Below are positions 30,310 to 40,840 of a stretch of 64,000 bases of DNA, in pieces. The translations under genes were made by a program, and so were the position numbers. This DNA comes from Pirellulales bacterium (GTDB lineage: Bacteria; Planctomycetota; Planctomycetia; Pirellulales; Lacipirellulaceae): NCBI GenBank assembly GCA_040901765.1, contig JBBDYG010000071.1, forward strand, positions 44,645 to 108,644, written 5' to 3'. The notes under the pieces were generated by a model, which did no database searches, was not told where the DNA came from, and saw only the letters and a list, made by a program, of their open reading frames with translations. Numbering within the stretch: the stretch's first letter is position 1; each line of letters begins with the position of its first letter.

Positions 30310-30951
30310 ATGCTCGACATGATATTTCTGATCACGGCGGTCGGCGGCGGCACGATCATGCTCGTGCAAGTCGCCCTCACGCTGTTGGGATTAGATGACG
30401 GCGACGGTCACGGCGATATCGGCGGGCACCACATCGACGGCGGCGATGGGGACGTGGACGCGGGCGCTGCGCTCTCCCACGCCGACGCGGGAAGCCACCT
30501 GTTCGACGTGCTTTCCTTCCGCTCACTCGTCGGGGCGGCCACCTTCTTCGGGCTCGCAGGCAAGGCGGCGACCTCGGCCGGGATGTCCGACTTTGCTTCC
30601 GTGGGCACGGCAACGCTCGCCGGCGTGGCGGCCCTGTACGGCGTCTACTGGATCATGCGCCAAATCTATCGGTTACAAACCTCCGGTAACGAAGACATCC
30701 GCAACGCGCTCGGCAAACGAGCCCACGTGATTGTGGCCATTCCCGCCGCCCGCGCGGGCGCTGGCAAAGTCCACATCCGCATGCAAAACCGACTCATCGA
30801 GTATCGCGCCGTATCGGGCGACGCGGAATCCTTGCGATCGGGCACCGAAGTCGCCGTGCTAGACTGTATCGGCAGCGACACTCTGGAAGTGACCCGCGCG
30901 GCTGTCGAGCCAACCACGACTTCCGCAATCGCAGTACCAGCGCCCGTTTAG
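30310..30951 (+). CDS. NfeD-like membrane protein (partner of flotillin/SPFH) with His/Asp/Gly-rich segment
   Basis: AGGAGG RBS. TM helix. C-terminal OB-fold block GKRAHVIVAIPAARAGAGKVHIRMQNRLIEYRAV..GTEVAVLD. Gly/Asp/His-rich linker GLDDGDGHGDIGGHHIDGGDGDVD. Confidence 0.6.
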   Translation: MLDMIFLITAVGGGTIMLVQVALTLLGLDDGDGHGDIGGHHIDGGDGDVDAGAALSHADAGSHLFDVLSFRSLVGAATFFGLAGKAATSAGMSDFASVGTATLAGVAALYGVYWIMRQIYRLQTSGNEDIRNALGKRAHVIVAIPAARAGAGKVHIRMQNRLIEYRAVSGDAESLRSGTEVAVLDCIGSDTLEVTRAAVEPTTTSAIAVPAPV

Positions 30952-31174
30952 CTTTCGGATCGATCATCGCGGAAAGACCTAACCAATCAAAAACAGTCAA
31001 ACTCAAAGCAAGCAATCATTTGCACCACGGAGGCACGGCGGACACGGAGTAGAAATAGGGCGATCGAATAGAAATGGCGCGCTGCCCCGCTTCCTATCGT
31101 AAATATTCTCCGTGTCCTCGGTGCCTCCGTGGTGATTCACAGTTCCACGTCGCATAAACCAGGGGGATTCAGAA

Positions 31175-32827
31175 ATGCTCGTAACACCGTTACTCATCGG
31201 TCAATCGCCGCTCGATAACCTACCGGGAGGGGTATGGACGGTACTGATGATCGCCGCGGCGGTCTTGTTCCTAATTGTCATGCCGCTGCTATTCATCAAG
31301 TCGTGCATGCGGCGGTGCAGCAGCAACCAAGTGCTCGTTGTCTACGGTTTGACCGGCAAGGGACGAACGGCCAAAACAATTCACGGCGGGGCGACATTCG
31401 TCATCCCGCTATTGCAAGATTACCGCTACTTGCGGCTGGAGCCGATTCAGATCGAAACTCCGCTGCGGGGCGCGCTCTCGGCCGAGAACATTCGCGTTAA
31501 TGTTCCGAGTGTCTTCACGGTGGCAATTGGCACCTCGCCCGATGTGATGACTAATGCCGCGATTCGCCTTCTCGATCTTTCGACCGATCAAATTCGTAAG
31601 CAAGCGGAGGAAATTATCTTCGGTCAGTTGCGGCAAGTCATCGCCTCGATGCGGATCGAAGACATTAACCGTGACCGCGACACGTTCTTACAGCACATTC
31701 AAGAGTCACTGGAGCCGGAGCTAAAAAAGATCGGCCTGGTGCTGATCAACGTGAACATCACCGACATTACCGACGAATCGGGCTACATCGACGCGATTGG
31801 TCAGAAGGCCGCTTCTCAAGCGATCCAGCAGGCCCGCGGCGACGTGGCCGATCAGGTGAAGCTTGGCGAAGTGCATGTGGCGGAGGCGGAGCGCGAAAAG
31901 GTAGTGTCTGTCGCCAATGCCACTAAGTCCCGCGAGATCGGAACGCGGGAGGCAGTCCGCGAGCAGGCCGTGCGGATCGCGGAGTTGGAAAAAGAGCAAA
32001 CCATCGGCGAGCAGACGGCGATCTTTCAACGCGAAATGCAAGTAAAGGAAGCCGAGCAACTGAAGCGCGTGAGCATCGCCGAGGCCGACGCGCGGGCGGT
32101 GGATGGCGAAAACATCGCCGAAGCGAAGATCGCCCAATCGCAGGCGACGCTGCTGGAACAACGAGCCGATGCGTACCAACGCGGTGAGACCCGTAAACGC
32201 GAAGCGGAGGCAGCGGTTATCGAATTTCAGAACCGGGCGATGGCTAAGGCGGCCCTCGCCGAAGCGGAGCGGATCGAAGCCGAGCAACGGGCGAAGCTCG
32301 AAGCCCCCGCCAAGGCCCAGAAGGCGCGAATCCTCGTCGATGCCGAGGCGGAAGCCGAGAAGCGGCGGATCGAAGCGCAAGGCGAGGCATCGGCGATCTT
32401 CGCCAAGCTCGAAGCCGAGGCCCGCGGCCACTACGAAATCCTCGCCAAGAAGGGCGACGGACTCAAGCAGATCGTCGAGGCGTGCGGCGGCGCGCAGCAG
32501 GCATTCCAACTCATGATGCTCGAACACTTGGAGCACCTGGCCGACGCCAGTGCCAAGGCGATCTCGAACATCAAATTCGACAAGGTCGTGGTGTGGGAGA
32601 ACGGCGGCAGGAACGGCCGTAGCTCGACCGCCGACTTCTTGCACAGCATGTCTGGCGCGCTACCGCCGATGCTGCAAGTAATGCGCGACATCGGCGGTGT
32701 CGAGATTCCCGAGAGCCTGGCGAAACTCGCCGGGCACGGCGACGGCAACGGCGACATGAAGACTGAGACGGTCGAGCTGAAGCCAGAGAAGGTGCGGATT
32801 ATCGACCCGGCGAAGAAGCAGAGCTAG
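31175..32827 (+). CDS. flotillin-like SPFH/band-7 protein
   Basis: N-terminal TM plus SPFH domain, then a long Glu/Ala/Arg-rich coiled coil (EAEREKVVSVANATKSREIGTREAVREQA...). Confidence 0.8.
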   Translation: MLVTPLLIGQSPLDNLPGGVWTVLMIAAAVLFLIVMPLLFIKSCMRRCSSNQVLVVYGLTGKGRTAKTIHGGATFVIPLLQDYRYLRLEPIQIETPLRGALSAENIRVNVPSVFTVAIGTSPDVMTNAAIRLLDLSTDQIRKQAEEIIFGQLRQVIASMRIEDINRDRDTFLQHIQESLEPELKKIGLVLINVNITDITDESGYIDAIGQKAASQAIQQARGDVADQVKLGEVHVAEAEREKVVSVANATKSREIGTREAVREQAVRIAELEKEQTIGEQTAIFQREMQVKEAEQLKRVSIAEADARAVDGENIAEAKIAQSQATLLEQRADAYQRGETRKREAEAAVIEFQNRAMAKAALAEAERIEAEQRAKLEAPAKAQKARILVDAEAEAEKRRIEAQGEASAIFAKLEAEARGHYEILAKKGDGLKQIVEACGGAQQAFQLMMLEHLEHLADASAKAISNIKFDKVVVWENGGRNGRSSTADFLHSMSGALPPMLQVMRDIGGVEIPESLAKLAGHGDGNGDMKTETVELKPEKVRIIDPAKKQS

Positions 32828-32833
32828 GTCCGT

Positions 32834-32877
32834 GTCGCACGTGGTGCGACGGCGTAAGCCGCGGCACCACGTGCCGC
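32834..32877. repeat. REP-like hairpin pair downstream of flotillin gene
   Basis: GTCGCAC-gtg-GTGCGAC ggcgtaagcc GCGGCAC-cac-GTGCCGC. Confidence 0.6.
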
Positions 32878-33041
32878 ATGGCAACTCCGCCACATTTTCT
32901 CCGTCTCTTCGCGCGCCCTTCATCAATTTCTCACATTGCTCGAATAAGCTTCCCTGTCGTTTCTCGTTCTTGTGCGGGTTTGGTTTGAACCTGACGCAAG
33001 CTTTCAGCAGGAAGCACAATGCAAAGTGAGGAGGGTGACAC

Positions 33042-34073
33042 GTGGATATTCTCGCCGGAGGTGGGCAAAGACAGCAACGGAGTTGTGGCTTTACGCTGGT
33101 GGAATTGCTGGTTGTAATCGCGATCGTCGGCATCTTGATCGCGCTATTGCTCCCGGCAATTCAGGCGGCCCGAGAAGCGGCACGCCGTTCTCAATGCATG
33201 AACAACATGCGGCAAGTTGGAATTGCCATTCACAATCACGTCAGTGCGAGAAACACGCTGCCGTCCGGCGGCGAGGGCACCGATTGGAGAACAAACGCTA
33301 CGGGGTTCGACGTCAATTCGACGTTTACGCAGTTGCTTCCCTATCTCGAAGAAGCGACCGTAGCCGACCTGTACGATTATAAGTATCCCTATAACCACAT
33401 CGACCGCCCCGACAACCAACAGGCCGCCAAAGCCAACATCGCCAGCTTCCGCTGTCCGTCGAATGCCATCGGGTTGCCCGATCCTGCCGGCTACGGCGGC
33501 GTCGATTACATGCCGACCGCATACACCGATATCCACCCCACGACCGGCGTACGCGATCCCGCCACGTCGACTGCACGCAATTCGCGTGCTGACGGCGCAC
33601 TCGCCCTCCTGCCGGTCAACATCGGTAAAGTCACCGACGGCACGAGCAAAACCATTGCCATCGCGGAAGACGCGGGCCGGAACTTCGAGACCGAGGAACC
33701 GTTTACTACATCCAGGTATCCCGACATCGCAGCGATCGCTCCCGACGCCAAGACCCCCAGCGGCAAACGTGCCATCAATCGTTGGGCCGAACCGGACACC
33801 GGCAACGGCGTCTCGGGTCCGCCCAACTCGCAATTGGGCGCGCTCAAGCCTGTGATTAACAATCACAATACGCCGGTCGGCGGACCGCCCGAGTGCCCGT
33901 GGAGAACGAACAATTGCGGCCCCAACGACGAGATATTCTCATTTCACCCGGGTGGGGCCATTGCATGCTTTGCGGACGGCAGCGCGCACTTCCTTGAAGA
34001 GTCGATCGAACCGCAGGTCATGCGGACGCTCGTCACTCGATCCGAGGGCGACGTGAACCAATGGGCGCCCTGA
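33042..34073 (+). CDS. DUF1559 protein with prepilin-type N-terminal motif and H-X9-DG C-terminus
   Basis: [37 protein letters not shown] and [17 protein letters not shown] (H-X9-DG). GTG start with a GAGGAGG RBS. Confidence 0.8.
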   Translation: MDILAGGGQRQQRSCGFTLVELLVVIAIVGILIALLLPAIQAAREAARRSQCMNNMRQVGIAIHNHVSARNTLPSGGEGTDWRTNATGFDVNSTFTQLLPYLEEATVADLYDYKYPYNHIDRPDNQQAAKANIASFRCPSNAIGLPDPAGYGGVDYMPTAYTDIHPTTGVRDPATSTARNSRADGALALLPVNIGKVTDGTSKTIAIAEDAGRNFETEEPFTTSRYPDIAAIAPDAKTPSGKRAINRWAEPDTGNGVSGPPNSQLGALKPVINNHNTPVGGPPECPWRTNNCGPNDEIFSFHPGGAIACFADGSAHFLEESIEPQVMRTLVTRSEGDVNQWAP

Positions 34074-34093
34074 TCTGCTGGCGCATCGACCCA

Positions 34094-34139
34094 TGCCGCA
34101 CGTGGTGCCGCGGATTAAACCGTCGCACCACTTGCGACA
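34094..34139. repeat. REP-like hairpin pair (degenerate) downstream of DUF1559 gene
   Basis: gccgcacgtggtgccgcgg is the reverse orientation of the 32861 copy. cgtcgcaccacttgcgac is the 348 copy with G to T. Confidence 0.5.
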
Positions 34140-34214
34140 TGGCTAGTTGCACCAAGACTCCTATGCTAAAGTTTCGCCTGGCTCGATCAACACCGTTGGT
34201 CCGCGAGGCGAAGC

Positions 34215-35381
34215 ATGGGCACCCGAACCTGGAACCTGAGCGACCTTCCGCGCGCCGACGGCGCGTCTGCCTTTCATTTGCGCGGCAACCAGCTTCCCAC
34301 GGCAGCCCAGGACTGCCAGGTATTTGCGCGGCGGCTCCATGGCGGTCGTAGCGAAGGGGTCGATGTTGTTGAACTCGACAACGGCAAGCTCGAGATCACC
34401 GTCTTGCCGACGCGCGGCATGGGGATCTGGAAGGCGTTTTCGAGCGACGGCCGCACGCTCGGCTGGCATTCGCCGATCCGCGGGCCTGTGCATCCGAGCT
34501 TCGTGCCGCTGGCCGAGCCGAGTGGCCTGGGCTGGCTCGATGGTTTCGACGAACTGTTCTGCCGCTGCGGTCTTTCGAGCAACGGTGAACCGGAGTTCGA
34601 CGATCGCGGCAGACTGCGCTACGGTTTGCATGGCCGCATCGCCAATCTGCCGGCCCATCAAGTCGAACTGCTGGTTGATGACGCCACCGGCGTGATGACG
34701 CTGCGTGGGGTGGTGGACGAAGCGCGGTTTCACTTTCAGAAATTGCGACTCACGTCGAGCGTGACCGTCGAACCGGGTGTGATGGGCTGGCGGTGGCGGG
34801 ACCGCGTCGAAAATTTCGGCGGCACGCCGGCGGTGATGCAGATGCTTTACCACTTCAACATCGGGCCACCCTTGCTCGCGGAGGGCGCTCGGCTGCACGC
34901 GCCCGTGGCAATCGTCGCGCCGCGAAACGCCGTGGCTGCAAAGTATATGAACGCCTGGCAGTCGATGCCCGTGTCGCAGGCCGGATCGGAGGAGCAGGTG
35001 TTGTATTTCGAGTTGCATGGCGACGACCACGGCGATACTGAAGTAATGCTCGCGCACCCCGGTGGGGCGGAAGGTGTCGCTATTAGATTCAACAAACGGG
35101 CGCTGCCGTGCTTCGCACAATGGCGTAACTCGGCGTCAGAGGCGGACGGCTATGTCAGCGGGTTGGAGCCGGCCACCAATTTTCCGAACACGCATAGTTT
35201 CGAGCGCAGCCACGGCCGCGTCGTGGAGCTCGCGCCGGGCCAAGCGTGGGAGGCAAGCGTGGAGGTCCAGTGGATGACATCCGCCGCCGAAGTAGACGCC
35301 GCACAAGAACGCATCGCCGCACTCGCCGACGGTCGGCCGACCGAGGTGCTCACCGCGCCGCGCCGCGGATGGTCGCCGTAG
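34215..35381 (+). CDS. DUF4432-like / aldose 1-epimerase-like supersandwich protein
   Basis: GWHSP, YGLHGRI and FELHGD-type blocks are reminiscent of the mutarotase-like fold. Assignment from memory only. Confidence 0.4.
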   Translation: MGTRTWNLSDLPRADGASAFHLRGNQLPTAAQDCQVFARRLHGGRSEGVDVVELDNGKLEITVLPTRGMGIWKAFSSDGRTLGWHSPIRGPVHPSFVPLAEPSGLGWLDGFDELFCRCGLSSNGEPEFDDRGRLRYGLHGRIANLPAHQVELLVDDATGVMTLRGVVDEARFHFQKLRLTSSVTVEPGVMGWRWRDRVENFGGTPAVMQMLYHFNIGPPLLAEGARLHAPVAIVAPRNAVAAKYMNAWQSMPVSQAGSEEQVLYFELHGDDHGDTEVMLAHPGGAEGVAIRFNKRALPCFAQWRNSASEADGYVSGLEPATNFPNTHSFERSHGRVVELAPGQAWEASVEVQWMTSAAEVDAAQERIAALADGRPTEVLTAPRRGWSP

Positions 35382-35509
35382 GTCAGGCTGTGCCTGACGA
35401 ACACCGGAGCCGATGCCAGTTGAAGGGCCGGCAGGCTGAAAAACTTGAGCTACGCTACAATGAAGATCCCCGTCGCAGGCGTTTCCTTCTTGTAGCCGAG
35501 GCCGTATCG

Positions 35510-37102
35510 ATGCGTTGCTTAATCCGCGGTATGTTTCTTTTGTGTCTTGCTTGCGCCATCTGCGGAGCGGTCTGCGCCGCGGAACCGGTGGATGCCGACA
35601 TCGTGCTGCGTGGCGGGTCGATCATCGACGGCAGCGGATCGCCTGCCAAACTTGGCGACGTGGCGATCAAAGGCGACCGAATCGTTGCCGTCGGCGAATT
35701 TGCAGCCGGCAACATCGGTCGCGAAATCGACTGCACGGGGCTGATCGTCGCGCCGGGATTCATCGACCTGCACAATCATAGCGACGATTCGGTGGTCCAG
35801 GAGAAGACCCGGCCGGTCGCCAATTACATCACGCAGGGCTGCACGACAATCGTCACGGGCAATTGCGGCGGCGGGGCGGAGGATGTGGCGAAGTTCCTGG
35901 ACACGATTGATAAGCACGGTGCCGGAACCAACGTAGCCCATCTCATTCCGCACGGCGCACTACGGGCCGGTGTGCTGGGCCAAGTGCGGGTAAAGCCTAA
36001 CGACGAACAGCTCGCCAAAATGCGCGACCGTGTCGCGGAGGGCATGAATGCCGGCGCGTGGGGGATGTCGACCGGTTTGATCTACGTGCCCGGCGCGTAT
36101 GCCGACACTGACGAGTTGGTGGCGCTATCGGAAGTGGTCGCCGAGCATGGCGGCATTTATGCAAGTCACATTCGCGACGAAGGGAGCGACCTGTTGGGAG
36201 CGATCGACGAGGCGCTCGAGATCGGCCGCCGGGCGAAGGTGCCGGTGCATGTGTCGCACTTCAAGGTGGTGGGCAAACCCTATTGGGGCACCGTGCGACC
36301 GGCTGCGAAGCTTCTGGAAGCGGCCCGCGCTGAAGGGATGCGGGTGACGGCGGACCAGTATCCGTACATCGCCACCTCGACGTCGCTCAGCGCGATGGTG
36401 CTGCCCGATTGGGCGCGCGAAGGGGGCAAGGAAGCGACCGCCAAGCGCGTTCAAGATGAAGTGCAGTTGGCGAGGATCCGCCCCGAATTGGAAAAGGCGC
36501 TCGAAGAAAAACCCGACATCCGGCCAGTCACTTACAAACCCAAGCCCGAGTACGCGGGCCGATCGCTCCGCGAAATCGCCGAGAGCGAGAAGCGGCCGGT
36601 TATTGACTTGGTGCTCGAGATTCTGGTGAACGGCGATGCCCAGGCGGTGAACTTTGGCCTCGCCGAAGAAGACGTGCGGTTCGTGATGCAATTGCCGTGG
36701 GTGGCGACCGCTTCGGATGGCTCTTCAAAGCTTCCTAGCGCCGATAAGGTTCACCCGCGCAGCTTTGGCACCTTCTCGCGGAAGCTCGGCAAGTACGCGA
36801 TTCGCGAGCATGTCCTGCCCCTCGAACAGGCGATCCGCAGCTCCAGCGGTCTGCCCGCCGATATTCTCGGGCTGCCCGAACGCGGCTATTTGCGGCCGGG
36901 GCATTTTGCCGACATCGTTGCCTTCGACCCGGCGGAATTCATCGACCGAGCGACGTTCGACGAGCCAGACCTCTATTCGTCGGGACTGACCTGGGCGCTG
37001 GTGAACGGCGAAATGGCCGTGGAACAGGGTCGCCCGACCGAAGCGCTTGCTGGTCGCACCTTGCGACATGCCGCCGCTCTCGCCGAAAAGCCGGAACGGT
37101 AG
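35510..37102 (+). CDS. D-aminoacylase / N-acyl-D-amino-acid deacylase family amidohydrolase
   Basis: GGSIIDGSG...GDRIVAVG...APGFIDLHNHSD metal-binding HxH motif. Signal peptide from the internal ATG (MRCLIRGMFLLCLACAICGAVCAA). Confidence 0.75.
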   Translation: MRCLIRGMFLLCLACAICGAVCAAEPVDADIVLRGGSIIDGSGSPAKLGDVAIKGDRIVAVGEFAAGNIGREIDCTGLIVAPGFIDLHNHSDDSVVQEKTRPVANYITQGCTTIVTGNCGGGAEDVAKFLDTIDKHGAGTNVAHLIPHGALRAGVLGQVRVKPNDEQLAKMRDRVAEGMNAGAWGMSTGLIYVPGAYADTDELVALSEVVAEHGGIYASHIRDEGSDLLGAIDEALEIGRRAKVPVHVSHFKVVGKPYWGTVRPAAKLLEAARAEGMRVTADQYPYIATSTSLSAMVLPDWAREGGKEATAKRVQDEVQLARIRPELEKALEEKPDIRPVTYKPKPEYAGRSLREIAESEKRPVIDLVLEILVNGDAQAVNFGLAEEDVRFVMQLPWVATASDGSSKLPSADKVHPRSFGTFSRKLGKYAIREHVLPLEQAIRSSSGLPADILGLPERGYLRPGHFADIVAFDPAEFIDRATFDEPDLYSSGLTWALVNGEMAVEQGRPTEALAGRTLRHAAALAEKPER

Positions 37103-37564
37103 GCTTTTCGCGTTATGGCGATGCGGTTTTCCGCGGTTGTGCCACTTTGCCACGCTGCGCGCACATGTAGCTGGCAAACAGAAGCCTCCTCTCGCATTTG
37201 CGCAGTGCGAAGGCACGCATTCCTCATCAGGGGGCGGAAAACTTATGATCGCGCTGCTCGTCGGGTGAGTTTCCGCGGATGACGTGGATCAGCATTGCCA
37301 CGTGTCGGCGCAAAACCTGTGTTTTTGTAGAGGATTGCCACAATGCCACTTCCAGCGGGGGAGGCCAAGCTGGTGGCAACGCTGACCAGGGAGGATCGCG
37401 GCAGGCCGCAAGCGGCAGAATTATCCGGGGGACTCTATCCCCTAGGCAGCGACTTTTGGAGCCTTTGAGAACGATTCTCAAAAACCCCCCTGGAGCCCGC
37501 TTGACGCGGATAAGAGCATCATGCACAATCTCCGTGAGTTGATACTGAGTCTCGATAACAACAC

Positions 37565-38584
37565 ATGGAGTTACCCATGCAGCCCCTTGCCTCCGCCAAA
37601 CGTGCATTTACTCTGGTCGAACTCTTGGTCGTCATCGCCATCATTGGAATCTTGATTGCCCTGCTACTGCCAGCAGTTCAAGCCGCCCGCGAGGCAGCCC
37701 GCCGCTCCTCGTGCCAGAACCAGGTCAAGCAGATCGCGCTGGGCTTCCACAATTTCGAATCGTCGCATCGCGAGCTTCCGCCGGCGATGATTTACCACGG
37801 CACTGCGGCGACGCTGGCAAAATGGTCGCCCATGGCCCGCGTGCTTCCCTATTTGGAGGAGGCCAATTTCGAGAAGGAGATCGACTACACCAGCCAATAC
37901 GAACTGGTGCATTACGGCAACGGGCTAATCGGCGCCTACCGCGTCGCGACGTACCTGTGCCCCTCGGAAGAACGCGACGAAGTGCGACTAGCGGCCGATG
38001 GCACGCCCGAGCATTATCCGATCAACTACGGCGTCAACCGCGGCGTGTGGCGGACGTTCGACCCCACCAAGCAGCTTCCGGACGAAGGGGCATTTCAAGT
38101 GAACGTCGGCACGAAGTTTCGCAACTTCACCGATGGCATGACGAGCACGCTGATGCTCGCCGAGGTGAAGGGCTGGACGCCCTATTTCCGCGATCAGGCA
38201 ATCACCCAAGCCACACCGCCCACAACGGTGGCTGAAGTTTGTGGTTTAGGTGGTTCTTTCAAAAAAGACTCCGGTCACACCGAGTGGGTCGATGGCCGTG
38301 TCCACCAAACGGGCTTTACTGCCCTGTTTCCGCCGAACTCGCGCGTCGAATGCGTGCAGGGCGGCGTGCCGTACGATGCCGATTGGACCAGCTCCCGCGA
38401 AGGGGTCAGCCCGACCGAGAAGACGTTCTCGGCGGTGACCGCCCGCAGCTACCATTCGGGCAACGTGGTGAATGCCGCCATGATGGACGCCTCCGTCCAG
38501 ACCGTGAACGGCGACATCGACCCCCTGGTTTGGCGAGCACTCGCCACCCGCGCCAGCGGCGAAGTTGCTGAGCTGACCAACTAG
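37565..38584 (+). CDS. DUF1559 protein with prepilin-type N-terminal motif
   Basis: [39 protein letters not shown] and C-terminal [15 protein letters not shown] variant of H-X9-DG. Confidence 0.8.
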   Translation: MELPMQPLASAKRAFTLVELLVVIAIIGILIALLLPAVQAAREAARRSSCQNQVKQIALGFHNFESSHRELPPAMIYHGTAATLAKWSPMARVLPYLEEANFEKEIDYTSQYELVHYGNGLIGAYRVATYLCPSEERDEVRLAADGTPEHYPINYGVNRGVWRTFDPTKQLPDEGAFQVNVGTKFRNFTDGMTSTLMLAEVKGWTPYFRDQAITQATPPTTVAEVCGLGGSFKKDSGHTEWVDGRVHQTGFTALFPPNSRVECVQGGVPYDADWTSSREGVSPTEKTFSAVTARSYHSGNVVNAAMMDASVQTVNGDIDPLVWRALATRASGEVAELTN

Positions 38585-38743
38585 CAATTTTGCCGAGCCG
38601 CAGAGCTTCTGGATTCCCCGCCCGGCGGCCAGAGGCTGCCGTTACTGGCAAAATCAGAACCTCTCTTGGCCGACGGGGTTAAACGCGTGGCGGAACGCGC
38701 TTTGCATAGCGCTCCGCCCCCGTCACCCCCAGGGAGGCGTTCC

Positions 38744-39409
38744 GTGCATAAGTTTGTTTCGGCTAATGATCGGCGCTGGTTCCTGCGCAAGATCGCGTTT
38801 GGCGCGGCGGCGTTTTCTACCACGGGCCTGCTGGCCGAAGAGCTTCAGCGGACTCCCGCCCAGACCGAGGGGCCGTTCTACCCGAACAACTTGCCGCTCG
38901 ATACGGACAACGATCTGTTGATCGTCAACGACGGCCTGACTCCTGCCGTCGGGGACGTCACCCACCTCACCGGCCGCATCCTAAGTGCCGCTGGCGAGCC
39001 GGTTCGCAATGCCGTTGTAGAAATCTGGCAGTGCGACAGCAATGGCGTCTACCTGCACACGCAAGGTGGACCGCGCGACCGGCTCGACGCAAACTTTCAA
39101 GGCTTCGGCCGGTTCCTCACCGGTTCGGACGGCAACTACTATTTCCGCACGATCAAGCCCGTGCCCTATGGACCGCGCACGCCGCACATCCATTTCGCCG
39201 TATATCAGGGCGGCAAGCGCGCGCTCACGACCCAGTGCTACATCCGCGGCGAGAAACAAAACGAACGCGACGGCGTGCTGCGAAGCATGCGCGACCCCCA
39301 AGCGGCCGATCTGTTGATGGTCGATTTCAATCCGCTACCCGAATCAAACATCGGCGAGTTGACGGCCAACTTTGAAATCGTCCTGGGGACGACTCCCGAG
39401 CAGAGTTAG
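38744..39409 (+). CDS. Tat-secreted intradiol ring-cleavage dioxygenase family protein
   Basis: Twin-arginine signal NDRRWFLRKIAFGAAAF. TEGPFYP and ...NAVVEIWQCDSNGVYLH...PHIHFAVY blocks. GTG start with an AGGGAGG RBS. Confidence 0.7.
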   Translation: MHKFVSANDRRWFLRKIAFGAAAFSTTGLLAEELQRTPAQTEGPFYPNNLPLDTDNDLLIVNDGLTPAVGDVTHLTGRILSAAGEPVRNAVVEIWQCDSNGVYLHTQGGPRDRLDANFQGFGRFLTGSDGNYYFRTIKPVPYGPRTPHIHFAVYQGGKRALTTQCYIRGEKQNERDGVLRSMRDPQAADLLMVDFNPLPESNIGELTANFEIVLGTTPEQS

Positions 39410-39623
39410 AAACCGCTAATGGACGCTAAAGTGAAGCGGCGTTAATTCACCACGGTGACACGGAGAACGCAGAGGAAGGCATGATGCAAATCTGGTCTCT
39501 GGCACCTCCTACTATTTGGTCAATTCATTTCATTCTCCGTGTTCCCCGTGCCGCCGTGGTGATATTTGATTGTTTTTCTGTGTGAATGGTGGATTAGCGC
39601 GAATTAGCGTCCATTAGCGGTTT
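39410..39623. mobile_element. MITE-like palindromic element (CGCTAAT/CACGG family), copy 2, perfect 20-bp termini
   Basis: aaaccgctaatggacgctaa ... ttagcgtccattagcggttt. Inner caccacggtgacacggag / ctccgtgttccccgtgccgccgtggtg. TTAGCG hexamers at 11-bp phasing. Starts right after the dioxygenase stop. Confidence 0.55.
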
Positions 39624-39710
39624 ACAAATTTTCGTTGCGTAGTGAAGTCCTCGTAACCTTGTCGGCGCGAGATGTTTGGCTTTTCGATCCTTTAGACGGA
39701 GTAACTGACA

Positions 39711-40553
39711 ATGCGAAACTTGTTAACGAAACCACTGGCAGTGATGCTGGTGCTGATGTTGGCGGTGGCCGCCGGCGCGCAAGAGCGCGAGCGAGGAGAG
39801 CGCGGTGGCCGGGGCCGTGGTGGCGGCTTCGGCGGCCGTGGCATGTTCGAAGTGACACGACTCAGGCTCGTCGGCGTCGAGCCGGTGCAGGAAGAGTTAG
39901 GACTCGTGGAAGAGCAACTCACCAAGATCAACGATCTGCGAGACGAACTCCGCGGAGATCGTGGTGAACGAGGCGAGCGCGGTGAGCGGCCCAACTTCCA
40001 AGACATGACCGAAGAAGAACGCCGTGAATTCATGGCCGAGCGCCAGCGCGAAGCGTCCGAGCGCAGCGCGCAAGAGAAGGAGAAACTGGGCGAGGTTCTC
40101 ATGCCCCACCAGAGCAAGCGGCTGGAGGAAATTTTCTTGCAGGTTCGTGGCGCCGGCGCACTGCTTGACCCCGAGGTAGCCAAGGAAGTTGGCTTGTCTG
40201 AAGAGGACCAGGACGAGCTGCGCGAAACGATTCAAGAAGCCCGACAAGAAATGATGGCCGAGATGCGCGAGCTGTCCGAGTCGGGCGACCGCGATCAAAT
40301 CCGCGAGAAGATGACCGAGATGCAGAAGCAGGTCGAAGAACAAGCACTCGCCGCGCTTTCCGAGGAGCAGAAGCAAAAGTTCACGGAACTGAAGGGCGAG
40401 AAGTTCGACATGCCCCCCGACGCGCTGCGGGGCGCTTTTGGTGGCGGCCGGGGTGGTGAGGGCCGCCGGGGTGGTGAGGGCCGCCGCGGTGGTGAGGGCC
40501 GCCGCGGTGGCCGCGAAGGCCGGCCCGAACGCCCGGACGGCGATTCGGTTTAA
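39711..40553 (+). CDS. secreted LTXXQ-motif (Spy/CpxP-like) protein with Gly/Arg/Glu-rich repeats
   Basis: Signal peptide. EEQLTKINDL, LSEEDQDEL and LSEEQKQKF motifs. C-terminal (GEGRRG)x3 encoded by an 18-bp tandem DNA repeat at 40447-40500. Confidence 0.5.
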   Translation: MRNLLTKPLAVMLVLMLAVAAGAQERERGERGGRGRGGGFGGRGMFEVTRLRLVGVEPVQEELGLVEEQLTKINDLRDELRGDRGERGERGERPNFQDMTEEERREFMAERQREASERSAQEKEKLGEVLMPHQSKRLEEIFLQVRGAGALLDPEVAKEVGLSEEDQDELRETIQEARQEMMAEMRELSESGDRDQIREKMTEMQKQVEEQALAALSEEQKQKFTELKGEKFDMPPDALRGAFGGGRGGEGRRGGEGRRGGEGRRGGREGRPERPDGDSV

Positions 40554-40584
40554 GCTGGTGGCCGTTTCCATTTCGTTCGCCGTT

Positions 40585-40614
40585 CAGGAGCCAGAACACT
40601 TGTTCTGGCTCCTG
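40585..40614 (+). terminator. near-perfect 13-bp-stem hairpin after LTXXQ gene
   Basis: caggagccagaaca ct tgttctggctcctg, 30 nt after the stop. No U tract. Confidence 0.35.
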
Positions 40615-40664
40615 TCGCGCGCCCACAATGGGAACTCAGTGAACCACTCATGAGAAAGAAGGTT

Positions 40665-40780
40665 AACCGCTAATTGACGCTAATGAGCGCTAATAAGAAA
40701 GCTGAGCCGTTCGTCATTGGCTTTCAGATAGAATCATTCCTTATTTTTTTATTAGCGTCGATCAGCGTTCATTTGCGGTT
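40665..40780. mobile_element. MITE-like palindromic element, copy 3 (short form)
   Basis: aaccgctaattgacgctaatgagcgctaataagaaa ... tttttttattagcgtcgatcagcgttcatttgcggtt. CGCTAAT at 11-bp phasing. AT-rich centre. Confidence 0.5.
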
Positions 40781-40840
40781 TCTCTTCTTTCACGATTCCT
40801 GTCGTTCGGACGATCAATATGACTCATTAGGGAGGCAATT

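Noticed and set aside
37100-37565. Putative sigma70-like promoter (TTGACG N17 CACAAT) before the third DUF1559 gene and GCACAAT before the second
   Set aside because: Only two weak matches. The third paralog lacks the motif and promoter consensus in this phylum is poorly defined. Not reported as a feature.
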